DNA of 64,000 nucleotides from Clostridia bacterium (GTDB lineage Bacteria > Bacillota > Clostridia > Oscillospirales > CAG-272). Positions 55,910-64,000 of the stretch are shown piece after piece. The notes under the pieces are model-generated. The model saw only the letters and a program-made list of their open reading frames with translations. It was not told where the DNA came from and did no database searches. Each line of letters begins with the position of its first letter. Positions within the stretch are counted from its first letter, which is position 1. Made by a program: the position numbers and the translations under genes. The stretch covers positions 72,155-136,154 of the forward strand of contig JAFUKI010000057.1 of assembly GCA_017467815.1 (NCBI GenBank), given 5' to 3'.

Positions 55910-58495
55910 TCAAATTGTGGACGGGTTCAGATCCACCGTCACATACAGTCGTCTGTCCGACGGATTGCCGTCCACCGGCATTTTGGTTCCGGGTGCATGG
56001 GTGATGCCCTTCCCGAAAACACACATAAGCTGGTCGATAAAGGACCGGGTCCGTTTGTTCAGCCGGCACTTCATGACAAAACGCATACGGCACAGATTCT
56101 GCACTCTGTAGACCGGTGCTTCAAACGGTCCGTAGAGAACCATCTGCACATCCCGGAATTCCACATTGATGTAATCCCGTATCTGGCTCTGCATACGTAC
56201 TACCGCCTGTCCCAGATAGCCTTCATCGTAAGCCGACAGGGTGATCACCGCCATATCACAGAAGGGCGGATAGCAAAGAGCTTCACGCAGGCGGATTTCA
56301 CCTTCGTAGAATGTTTGATAATCCTGCTTCGCCGCCTGACGCAGAACCTCATTGTCGGGATTCCATGTCTGTATGATCGCTTTACCCGGTATCTCACCCC
56401 GGCCTGCTCTGCCGATCACCTGTGTCAGCATGGCGAAGGTACGCTCGTTTGCCCGGTAATCGTCCACGTACAGGGAACCGTCCGCATTCAGCACACCGAC
56501 CGTTGCCACTTTCGGGAAATCATGTCCTTTGGTGACCATCTGCGTACCGAGCAGTACATCCGCTTCCCCTTCACGGAACTGTTTCAGCAGGGCTTCGTGA
56601 GAGAATTTCGCCTGGGTGGTGTCAAAATCCATACGCAGAACACGCAGTTCCGGGAACATGGCTTCGATATCGTCCTCGGCTTTCTGTGTTCCGCATCCCA
56701 TGAACAGGAAATGGGGTTTTCCGCAGATCGGACAGGTATCCGGTACTGCTGTCCGGTAGCCGCACATATGACACACCAAAACCCCGTTCTGTTGTCTGGT
56801 ATGCAGGTATCCGTCTTCCTCCGATGCGCTGTTCAGGCTGCCTCTGCGTACCGTATGGTAGGTCAGGGACACGGAACAGTGGGGGCATTGGATACTCTTT
56901 CCGCAGCTTCGGCAGGATACAAACTTATTATACCCTCTCCGATTCAGAAACAGTACCGACTGATTGCCGGATTTTTTATCCTCCCGCAGTCTTTCCGCCA
57001 GCACCTCCCCGATGGGTGTTGCCGATGATTCGCCGCGCATATCGCAGATTTCCACTTCCGGCAGACGGGCATTCCCGTACCGGTTTTTCAGTTCCACCAA
57101 TGTATACTGCCCTTTTTTCGCCTTATAGTAAGAAGCAACCGACGGTGTCGCCGATGCCAGCAGCATAACCGCTTTGTGGTCCCGGCACCGGTATCTGGCT
57201 ATATCGTGGGCATGATACTTGGGATCGGTTTCCGATTTGTAGGTATATTCATGTTCCTCGTCAATGAGGATCATACCGATATTGGGCAGCGGTGCGAATA
57301 CGGCGGATCTTGTCCCGATCACCACATCTGCCAGTCCGTCCCGTATCCTTCTCCATGCGTCAAACCGTTCGCCGGCGGACAGGGAGGAATGGATCACCGC
57401 GATTCTGTCTCCGAACCGGGCGCTGAAAATCCGGACCGTCTGGGGTGTGAGAGCAATTTCGGGTACCAGAAGAATCACGCCGCGTCCGTCTGCCAGCACC
57501 CGGTCAATGGCTGCCAGCATAACATTGGTTTTGCCCGAACCGGTAACGCCATGGAGGAGTACTGCTTTGGGTTCGCCGGTTTCATACAGGTCGGTTATGG
57601 TTTCCAGTGCCTGTTTCTGTTCGTCGGACAACGGGGACGGTGCGGCAGGTCTGCTGACTTCCCCCTCCTCCGCAAAAGGATTCCGGTATACTTCCTCCGA
57701 AGCGGTCATGGCGTATTCTCTTTCCAGCAATACTTTCAGACAGCTTTTCCCGGTCTGGTGAGAGACGCCGCACAACGTGTACAGTTCCTTCTCCTCGATC
57801 CAGCTGCTTTCCGTCAGACGCTGGAGCATATGTCTCTGATTATCACTCCGCAAAGAATGGGACAAAGCAAGAATACCGCTGTCGTCCCCTGCCCTTTCCG
57901 CAATTCGCGGATGCAGGGATACCAGTGTTCTGGTTTTTCCGACGGACGGTGTCTTGCTTTCCGTACATTTCTCGATCAGTTCCAGTTTTATCAGCTGCTG
58001 CAGGGCTGCCGTAAAATCAAAAGAAAACTCCGCCGTCAACTGCTGTCTCGATACCTTCTTTTTATCCCGCATGAACAAAAAGATCTCTCTGGCACGCAGA
58101 CTGAGGGAGTCGGGCAATGTGTGCATATCGGCTTCCGGTTTGACTTTATAATACTGCACCACCGCGGAAAGTGCCGCCGAAGGGACAGCTGCCCGTACCG
58201 CATCGCCGTATGTACACAGTGTATATTCCTTTACAAAGAGACAAAGACCCAGCATTTCCGCCGACAGCACATCTTCTGCCGTCACTGCGGAAACGGGTTT
58301 CATGGATTCCGTGATTTCTCCTTCGTCCAGCTGAAACACCACTGCTGTCATCCGCCTGTTGCCTTTGCCGAAGGGAACTTCCACCAGATCTCCCCGCTGT
58401 ATTTTGTTTTCCATATCGCCGGGTACATAGTAGGTGTACTGCCGGTCTGCGTGATACGGTACATCAAAGATATACACATATGCCAGTTTTGCCAC
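55910..58495 (-). CDS. priA: primosomal protein N' (replication restart helicase)
   Basis: Walker A GVTGSGKT, DEEH box, Cys-rich zinc region (CRSCGKSIQCPHCSVSLTYH...CHMCGY...CPICG). 861 aa. Confidence 0.92.
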   Translation of the reverse strand: MAKLAYVYIFDVPYHADRQYTYYVPGDMENKIQRGDLVEVPFGKGNRRMTAVVFQLDEGEITESMKPVSAVTAEDVLSAEMLGLCLFVKEYTLCTYGDAVRAAVPSAALSAVVQYYKVKPEADMHTLPDSLSLRAREIFLFMRDKKKVSRQQLTAEFSFDFTAALQQLIKLELIEKCTESKTPSVGKTRTLVSLHPRIAERAGDDSGILALSHSLRSDNQRHMLQRLTESSWIEEKELYTLCGVSHQTGKSCLKVLLEREYAMTASEEVYRNPFAEEGEVSRPAAPSPLSDEQKQALETITDLYETGEPKAVLLHGVTGSGKTNVMLAAIDRVLADGRGVILLVPEIALTPQTVRIFSARFGDRIAVIHSSLSAGERFDAWRRIRDGLADVVIGTRSAVFAPLPNIGMILIDEEHEYTYKSETDPKYHAHDIARYRCRDHKAVMLLASATPSVASYYKAKKGQYTLVELKNRYGNARLPEVEICDMRGESSATPIGEVLAERLREDKKSGNQSVLFLNRRGYNKFVSCRSCGKSIQCPHCSVSLTYHTVRRGSLNSASEEDGYLHTRQQNGVLVCHMCGYRTAVPDTCPICGKPHFLFMGCGTQKAEDDIEAMFPELRVLRMDFDTTQAKFSHEALLKQFREGEADVLLGTQMVTKGHDFPKVATVGVLNADGSLYVDDYRANERTFAMLTQVIGRAGRGEIPGKAIIQTWNPDNEVLRQAAKQDYQTFYEGEIRLREALCYPPFCDMAVITLSAYDEGYLGQAVVRMQSQIRDYINVEFRDVQMVLYGPFEAPVYRVQNLCRMRFVMKCRLNKRTRSFIDQLMCVFGKGITHAPGTKMPVDGNPSDRRLYVTVDLNPSTI

Positions 58496-58533
58496 GAAAG
58501 TTCCCTCCTTTCAGAGAAACTGCAGTTTTATTC

Positions 58534-59004
58534 TTATTCGGCGTCGTCTTCGTCGTCAGCTGCCAGAATGCCAGCAAACAATTCGCTGATGTCTGCGTCC
58601 AGTTCGGTTTCAACCATTTCTTCGGATTCTTCTTCGTCTGCTTCTTCCGCTTCCAGAGCTGCAGCGGTTTCCAGTTCTTTTCTTGCCTGAGCCAGACGTG
58701 CTTCGTCCTCTTCCGTCTGACGCTTGATTTCGGCTTCTTCGGGAGACAGGATACGGAATTCGCCGCTGTACAGACCGTTGATGGCATTCTTTACGGCTTT
58801 TTCGTCTCTGTATTCCTTCTTGATGAAATTGGCAAGGTTCTTAGCCTTTTCGCTGTCCTTGCTCATGGTAACTTTTTTTGCATATTCACGCTGTTTTACA
58901 TATTCATCGGTGATGATTCTAGCGGATTTTGCAGTAGCAACAACAAGTGTATAACGGTTGATCTTTCCGTCCTGGGTCAGTTCGCTGATAGAAGGCTTAA
59001 TCAT
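58534..59004 (-). CDS. rpoZ: DNA-directed RNA polymerase subunit omega with long acidic C-terminal extension
   Basis: N-terminus MIKPSISELTQDGKINRYTLVVATAKSARII is omega-like, and the position gmk-rpoZ-priA is conserved. About 85 extra C-terminal residues rich in E/D/A. Confidence 0.8.
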   Translation of the reverse strand: MIKPSISELTQDGKINRYTLVVATAKSARIITDEYVKQREYAKKVTMSKDSEKAKNLANFIKKEYRDEKAVKNAINGLYSGEFRILSPEEAEIKRQTEEDEARLAQARKELETAAALEAEEADEEESEEMVETELDADISELFAGILAADDEDDAE

Positions 59005-59055
59005 GATAATAATTCCTTTCCGTATTCTGTGATGTATCTACAGTATGATGTATGT

Positions 59056-59676
59056 TTAGTCAAAATAGTGATCCGTCACCGTACGCATTCTGGAAACGGT
59101 GTAGTGGGATGCATTTATTATGTGCAAAATATCGTTTGCACATTCCAGTGTTTTGCCGGTTTCATTGAGTACAATATAATCGTACTGGGGTGCCATAGCC
59201 ACTTCGATCTTCGCCTTGGCAAGACGTCCGGCAATGGCTTCTTCGGTATCGGTATTCCGGTCTCTCAGACGTCTTTCCTGTTCCGCCGCCGTGGGAGCCA
59301 GCAGCATGATCAGCACGCAGTCATCACCCATGAGATTCCGTACCTGACTGCCGCCGTCCACTTCAATCTCAAGGATCAGATCCTTGCCGCTGTCGATGAT
59401 CTTTCTGGCTTCTCTTTTCAGTGTACCGTAATAATTTCCGTTATATTCGGTATGTTCCAGAATTTCTCCTTCCGCCAGCAGTTTTTCAAATTGTTCTCTG
59501 GTCATATAGTGGTAATTCACGCCGTCCACTTCGCCTTCACGGGGTTTTCTTGTAGTAGCCGACACAGACACACCCACATCCGTGCAGATCTTCCGCAGTT
59601 CATCCACAACAGTACCTTTGCCGCTGCCGGAAGGTCCGGAAATTACGAAAACCAATCCCTTATTTTTCATCTTCAC
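59056..59676 (-). CDS. gmk: guanylate kinase
   Basis: P-loop GPSGSGKGT and TTRKPREGEVDGVNYHY motif. Confidence 0.92.
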   Translation of the reverse strand: MKMKNKGLVFVISGPSGSGKGTVVDELRKICTDVGVSVSATTRKPREGEVDGVNYHYMTREQFEKLLAEGEILEHTEYNGNYYGTLKREARKIIDSGKDLILEIEVDGGSQVRNLMGDDCVLIMLLAPTAAEQERRLRDRNTDTEEAIAGRLAKAKIEVAMAPQYDYIVLNETGKTLECANDILHIINASHYTVSRMRTVTDHYFD

Positions 59677-59938
59677 TGTCCTCCCCGCTCTCTGCAGTAT
59701 CTGTTTCGCCTGCCAGTCTGGACGCCAACGTTTCCGTCTGGATCGCCGACAGAATCACATGGTCGCTGTCGGTGATCACCACGGAACGGGTCTTCCTGCC
59801 GCTGGTACAGTCAATGGCACGACCCATATCCTTGGCATCCTGCACCAGTCGTTTTGCCGGTGCGGAATCGGAGGCAATAACGGCGATGATCCGTTCTGCA
59901 TTCAGTATATTATTGAATCCTACGTTTACAAACTTCAT
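59660..59938 (-). CDS. remA: RemA/DUF370 family regulator
   Basis: MKFVNVGFNNILNAERIIAVI...AKRLVQDAKDMGRAIDCTSGRKTRSVVITDSDHVILSAIQTETL is the DUF370 signature. 17-nt overlap with gmk. Confidence 0.85.
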   Translation of the reverse strand: MKFVNVGFNNILNAERIIAVIASDSAPAKRLVQDAKDMGRAIDCTSGRKTRSVVITDSDHVILSAIQTETLASRLAGETDTAESGEDSEDEK

Positions 59939-60014
59939 GTATATCCATGCGGTTTTCCTTTATTCTGCACAGCCAAAGAAATACCGCATCCTTTCCTCTG
60001 TTTTTCCTGTGAAA

Positions 60015-60908
60015 TTACTCCAGATTCTGGATCTGTTCTCTGATTTTTTCCAGTTCGGTCTTGATATCCACAACCATATGAGCGATCTCCGTATTGCCTG
60101 CTTTGGAACCGATGGTGTTGGTTTCCCGGTTCATTTCCTGCAGAAGGAAGTCCAGCTTTCTGCCCACCGCTTCGTCGGAGGCAAGAATTTCGTCCATGGC
60201 GGTGAAGTGGGATGCCAGACGCACCAGTTCTTCATCAATGGCGGCGCGGTCTGCATAAATGGCAGCTTCCGTCAGGATTCGCTGTTCTGCCACTTCCGCA
60301 TCAAAATCTGCCAGGAACTGACGGATACGCTGTTCCAGTTTCGCCGAATATCCGGAAATATCCGCCTCGGACAAGACTTTGATCTTTCCGGTCAGCACCT
60401 TGATGTTTTCCACTTTTCCCTTGATATCCCGGCAGAGATTTTCCCCTTCCTTGGCTCTCTGAATCAGGAAAGCATCCACAGCCTGGGCAAGTACGGCTTT
60501 TACATCCGCCCAGTCCTTTTCCATATCGTCTTCGGGCTTTTTCACCGTAAACAGTTCCCGCATCTGGGCAACACGCATTACGGAAATATCATCCCTCAGT
60601 CCGAAGGTATCCCGGAGATTGTACAGGGCATCAATATAGGATTTGGCTGCCGCAGTATCCAGGGCATATTCCACGCCTTCCTGCTCTACCACACCCACAC
60701 CGATGTAGACTTCGATTTTCCCTCTGGAGATTCCTCTCTCAGACAAATAATTCTTTACCCGTTCTTCCAGAAAACTGTAGTTCCGAGGCAGTTTTACGGT
60801 AACATCCAGATATCTGCCGTTGACACTTTTCAATTCGGCAGTAATGTCTCTGGAACCGTCCGCAGTGCATTCTCTTGCTCTGCCGAAGGCAGTCATACTT
60901 TTAGGCAT
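60015..60908 (-). CDS. yicC: YicC family stress-induced protein
   Basis: Starts MPKSMTAFGRA (YicC_N). C-terminal DUF1732 motif EMNRETNTIGSKA. Start set at ATG 60908. Confidence 0.85.
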   Translation of the reverse strand: MPKSMTAFGRARECTADGSRDITAELKSVNGRYLDVTVKLPRNYSFLEERVKNYLSERGISRGKIEVYIGVGVVEQEGVEYALDTAAAKSYIDALYNLRDTFGLRDDISVMRVAQMRELFTVKKPEDDMEKDWADVKAVLAQAVDAFLIQRAKEGENLCRDIKGKVENIKVLTGKIKVLSEADISGYSAKLEQRIRQFLADFDAEVAEQRILTEAAIYADRAAIDEELVRLASHFTAMDEILASDEAVGRKLDFLLQEMNRETNTIGSKAGNTEIAHMVVDIKTELEKIREQIQNLE

Positions 60909-60999
60909 TTTGCTCCACCATTCACTTCTGTTTGTATTTTTTACTGACAAATGCAGTGTCCTTCGTTTCCTTCGATCCTCTGCACTGCATTCATATTAT

Positions 61000-61029
61000 A
61001 TTATACAATAAAAATGACCCCATTGTCAA
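61000..61029 (-). promoter_or_regulatory. putative sigma-A promoter of the yicC-remA-gmk-rpoZ block
   Basis: Minus strand: TTGACA (61029-61024), 18 nt, TATAAT (61005-61000). The -35 lies in the loop of the upstream terminator hairpin. Confidence 0.3.
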
Positions 61030-61043
61030 CGAAATGGAGTCAT
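61007..61043 (-). terminator. rho-independent terminator after the membrane-protein gene
   Basis: Minus strand: ATGACTCCATT-TCGTTGAC-AATGGGGTCAT followed by TTTTATT. Confidence 0.5.
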
Positions 61044-61059
61044 ATTCGGTATATTTGCA

Positions 61060-61623
61060 CTAAAATAACTTTTTCAGTCCCAGTCTCTTACGCAGTTTTA
61101 CTATATAAAAAGTAACACATCCGGTCAGCGCCATATCGTACACCGCCAGAAACAAAAGTCCGATCAGAATCACGGGTATACTCATGTCGAAATAGGTTTC
61201 TTCCGCCGTGAAAACCAACTTGGACAAAACGATGAGTGCAAGGAGCATCGTACCCATGGCGGACATTTTGAGCAGCCACGCAAAAGAGGAACGGAACTGT
61301 TCAAAACGGGCTTTCAGGATGGGGTAAATGCCGCCGATCAGGAAATATGTCAGAGCAATCAGCTTTGACGGCAGCAGTACAAACGCCAGCACACCGGAAA
61401 CACATACCAGAAGCCAGGCATATTTTTTCCCCAACTCCACCACCACCAGCATGACAAACAGTGCACAGACCACAACAGCCGTCAGATCCAGCACGGTCAG
61501 AGAACCGATGTACAGAAGCACCACACTCAGCGCCGTCAGCAGACCACAGATTGCCACTGCTCTGGTATTCTTGTTTTTCTGATTTCCGGAGGGTTCGGAT
61601 GTTTGTTTCTTCCATGATTTCAT
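61060..61623 (-). CDS. hypothetical polytopic membrane protein
   Basis: 187 aa with about five hydrophobic helices and basic N- and C-termini. 11 nt downstream of the J-domain gene. Confidence 0.6.
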   Translation of the reverse strand: MKSWKKQTSEPSGNQKNKNTRAVAICGLLTALSVVLLYIGSLTVLDLTAVVVCALFVMLVVVELGKKYAWLLVCVSGVLAFVLLPSKLIALTYFLIGGIYPILKARFEQFRSSFAWLLKMSAMGTMLLALIVLSKLVFTAEETYFDMSIPVILIGLLFLAVYDMALTGCVTFYIVKLRKRLGLKKLF

Positions 61624-61634
61624 AACACATTACC

Positions 61635-62261
61635 TCAACAGCAGGGGATCAGGTCGCCGCCGCAGCATTCGCAGAACATATCCGCACACAACAGTTTTGT
61701 GCAAAGTCCGCACATATCCGTATCTCCCTGTCCTCTGTTCATACGGTAGGGAGAACCGTAGGAGGAGGAACGGACGTTCATGCGGTTTTTCGCTTCTCTG
61801 TATTCCGCATTGTTCGGATCCAGATAACACGCAACTTCAATATATTTCAGCGCATCGTAGTAATACCCTCTCTGTACCAGAAGACAGCCTTTCAGGTAAT
61901 TCCATTCCGCGCCTCTGTCTCCGGCAGGGGTAGCGTCAATCTTCAGTTCCGCTTCCACATACCTGCCGTTCCGGATCATCTCCCGTATTTCGGCGAAAGA
62001 TGTGGTACCGGAGGAAGAATAGGAGGAATACGTGCTTCCGGATCCGCCGTAGGAGCTGCCGGATGTCTGTCCCTGCCGTTCCTTCTGCACGAAATCGTAA
62101 GCCTCGTTGATTTCCTTCATTTTTTCTTCCGCAACTTCCGCCAGATTGGTACCTGCGTAATTGTCCGGATGGTATTTTCTTGCCAGTTCTCTGTATGCTT
62201 TTTTTATTTCGTCCTCAGTTGCATCCCGGCTCACGCCCAGCACGCTATACGGATCTTTCAT
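61635..62261 (-). CDS. J-domain protein with TPR-like segment and Cys-rich C-terminus
   Basis: J domain [33 protein letters not shown] (HPD motif), G/S/Y-rich linker, and tail [25 protein letters not shown]. Start set at ATG 62261; the track start 62288 is a TTG. Confidence 0.8.
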   Translation of the reverse strand: MKDPYSVLGVSRDATEDEIKKAYRELARKYHPDNYAGTNLAEVAEEKMKEINEAYDFVQKERQGQTSGSSYGGSGSTYSSYSSSGTTSFAEIREMIRNGRYVEAELKIDATPAGDRGAEWNYLKGCLLVQRGYYYDALKYIEVACYLDPNNAEYREAKNRMNVRSSSYGSPYRMNRGQGDTDMCGLCTKLLCADMFCECCGGDLIPCC

Positions 62262-62299
62262 GCCTGTTTTTCTCCCGAATACCGCCAATCTGCGGTGTA

Positions 62300-63253
62300 T
62301 TATTGCTTTTCAGCATCTGTAATTTCTCCGATTGCACCCGGAGATATTTCATAAAGCCGTCTTTTTCCCGGATTCCCGTTTTTTCCTGCCAGAATCCGTG
62401 TCAATGTGTACGGCATTCCCTGATATACGATATTTTTCAGTATCCGCGTCAGTATCCCGTCCGGCAGCAGCTCCACCGCCCGTCCGAGTCCTTCCAGATC
62501 CACAATGGCGGCGGTGCGGAATGCACTTTTCAGCATTTCCGAAGGTTTGCCTTCTTCATTCAGTGCCAGATCCCCCCAAAGTCCTGCCAGAGGATTGAAC
62601 CGGTGATTCCGGATATCGTCACACAGGTCGTCCATGGCGTCGCAGATATAGATGAATCTTCCCGTACGCAGACCGAACTCTCCGGCGATTGCCCGCTTGG
62701 TACTGTCCGTCAGTCCTTCCGTGAATACATCCTGCATGAGAAGCCCGAACACCTGCGCGGTCTCCTCTGCGGATGTGCATCCTGCTTTTTCCAGATCCGA
62801 CAATTCTGCCAGTCGGTTCCGGATTTTTTCAGCCAGTGCTTCCGTGGGATAATGTTTCTGCACATGATGCTGCATGGACCGGCACAGAGGGGTCAGTGCA
62901 TAGGGTTTCAGACGTGCGGTACCGGTTTCGTCCTGCAGGTCATCCAGCCGTTTCCCATCGGTCAGACAGGCAGCGGCGGCGGCAGTATACACAAGGGCAG
63001 GATTGGTTTCCGCCATGAACCGGGATCTCGTAAAATGGACGGGGCAGCGATGCTGTTCATATGCCACTTCCCTGCTGTCCAGAAATGCCATCCGGAGTGC
63101 AGCCAGAAAACAAAAATCATAACTCAGGGTCAATCTGGAGGCTTGTCCTGTGACCTCGCCCATGGTTCTGCATAATCCGCAGTATACCGCGCGGTAGATT
63201 TCATATTCCTGCACCTGCAGAGACGGTACATACGGTCTTACGTATCCAAACAT
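62300..63253 (-). CDS. DUF5685-like protein
   Basis: 317 aa. N-terminus [32 protein letters not shown] matches my memory of DUF5685 family proteins of Firmicutes. Confidence 0.65.
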   Translation of the reverse strand: MFGYVRPYVPSLQVQEYEIYRAVYCGLCRTMGEVTGQASRLTLSYDFCFLAALRMAFLDSREVAYEQHRCPVHFTRSRFMAETNPALVYTAAAAACLTDGKRLDDLQDETGTARLKPYALTPLCRSMQHHVQKHYPTEALAEKIRNRLAELSDLEKAGCTSAEETAQVFGLLMQDVFTEGLTDSTKRAIAGEFGLRTGRFIYICDAMDDLCDDIRNHRFNPLAGLWGDLALNEEGKPSEMLKSAFRTAAIVDLEGLGRAVELLPDGILTRILKNIVYQGMPYTLTRILAGKNGNPGKRRLYEISPGAIGEITDAEKQ

Positions 63254-63559
63254 ATATGTGTCATCCTGTTTTTTGTATATTGATATATTATACCTTACGG
63301 CGGATTTTTACAAGAAACTTTTTGTAAATAAAAAAGCAACAATATTCATATTGTCGTTTTCAGGCTGTTTTTCGGCGGTATCCGGGCAAAAAACAGGCTG
63401 CCGCTTCGGGGATGGAGTTTCATCCTTCTCCGATACGACAGCCTTGAGCGCTATCATGCTATGGGTCTGACGTTAGTCTGTCCGGTACATTTCATTAGTA
63501 CACTATGGCGCAGACTTGGCTTTCTGCAGAGCAGTGCACAAACCTGTACTTGCGAAAAA

Positions 63560-64000
63560 TTACAGATCCTTCGCCAGCTTCAGAATACGTTCTTCCGCGG
63601 CAGGGCACCACAGACCGCCGGCATCCTTACAGATCTTGTCCAGATCCGCAAACAGGTCGCCCAGTTCAGTACCCTTGTTTTCTTCCGCTGCCTTACCGAA
63701 ATCCGCAATCGCAGTCAGGGGCAGTTCGATGTGGGTGTAGATCAGTTTCTTGCCGCCGGGAATCTTGGGCAGGTTCAGGGTGGTTTCCGCAACTGCGTTC
63801 AGACCGCCTACGTGTGTGATCATACCTGCCGGATTGATCTTGCCTTCGGTCATCAGCTTGATGGATTCTCTCATGTCATCCGTGTTGCCGCCGCTGGTAC
63901 CAACGATGTGGGTGGAACCGTAGTGAACATTGTAGAAGTTGAACATAGCGGAGAATTCGGGATTGGTGGGACCGGCGAAGAAGTTCAGACAGCCGTCACG
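63560..64000 (-). CDS. zinc-type alcohol/polyol dehydrogenase family protein (C-terminal part only; 5' end outside window)
   Basis: The frame is open from the window end to the stop at 63560. The C-terminal region (...FNFYNVHYGSTHIVGTSGGNTDDMRESIKLMTEGKINPAGMITHVGGLNA...) resembles sorbitol/L-sorbose-1-phosphate reductase-type MDR enzymes. Confidence 0.65.
   Translation of the reverse strand, partial: RDGCLNFFAGPTNPEFSAMFNFYNVHYGSTHIVGTSGGNTDDMRESIKLMTEGKINPAGMITHVGGLNAVAETTLNLPKIPGGKKLIYTHIELPLTAIADFGKAAEENKGTELGDLFADLDKICKDAGGLWCPAAEERILKLAKDL

Noticed and set aside
54060-58690. Plus-strand ORFs 54060..55892 (610 aa), 55997..57028 (343 aa) and 57176..58690 (504 aa) opposite fmt, def and priA
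   Set aside because: These are antisense shadows of highly conserved housekeeping genes, with no motifs or RBS.
63254-63559. Small ORFs (63258..63470, 63505..63819, 63516..63740) and an 11/12-bp A/T-flanked hairpin (about 63360-63401) in the intergenic region upstream of the DUF5685 gene
   Set aside because: The ORFs lack an RBS and have implausible composition. The hairpin has no terminator context in either orientation. No RNA family was recognised.
1-64000. Search for CRISPR arrays, tRNA/rRNA genes, IS elements, integrases, phage genes, toxin-antitoxin pairs or known defence systems
   Set aside because: I found no regularly spaced direct repeats, no cloverleaf-like or rRNA-like segments, and no ORF with transposase, recombinase, nuclease-helicase or reverse-transcriptase motifs. 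A covariance-model scan (tRNAscan-SE, Infernal) would be needed to exclude small RNAs formally.

Overview
A 64-kb chromosomal segment that appears to come from a spore-forming, dockerin-encoding member of the Clostridia, probably Oscillospiraceae/Ruminococcus-like. That taxonomic placement is inferred from gene content only. I support about 60 protein-coding genes, 3 decayed gene remnants, several hairpin repeats, terminators and a few promoter/operator sites. I recognise no rRNA, tRNA, CRISPR array, transposase, integrase or phage gene.

Layout:
- 1-5.7 kb: two tandem ABC-2 ATPase/permease modules, cardiolipin synthase and two small proteins.
- 5.8-9.5 kb: oxidoreductases plus an AraC regulator, bracketed by a 45-nt repeat.
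- 9.6-15.9 kb: pepF and a heterodimeric ABC exporter.
- 16-23.9 kb: GH31, a beta-helix glycosidase-like protein, a transglutaminase-LRR-dockerin surface protein, GDPD and HAD.
- 24-27 kb: regulators and a LysM-CAP protein.
- 27.6-33.1 kb: a five-gene redox operon next to an AraC regulator.
- 34.5-38.7 kb: a BlaI/BlaR1-type pair with a very large, internally duplicated ectodomain of unknown type.
- 38.8-39.7 kb: LytTR/DUF3021.
- 39.9-46.2 kb: a mannitol-dehydrogenase-family gene and a PfkB kinase, divergent from an enoate-reductase-like gene plus split aconitase X.
- 46.3-60.9 kb: three related hairpins, an unannotated spoVM micro-ORF and the conserved thiN-rsgA-prkC-stp-rlmN-rsmB-fmt-def-priA-rpoZ-gmk-remA-yicC block.
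- 61-63.3 kb: membrane protein, J-domain protein and DUF5685.
- The window ends in a partial Zn-alcohol-dehydrogenase-family gene.

The best candidates for uncharacterised biology are the BlaR1-like sensor, the AcnX/ene-reductase operon and the DUF5685/J-domain/membrane trio. Many very long ORFs in the track are codon-aligned antisense shadows and are rejected.
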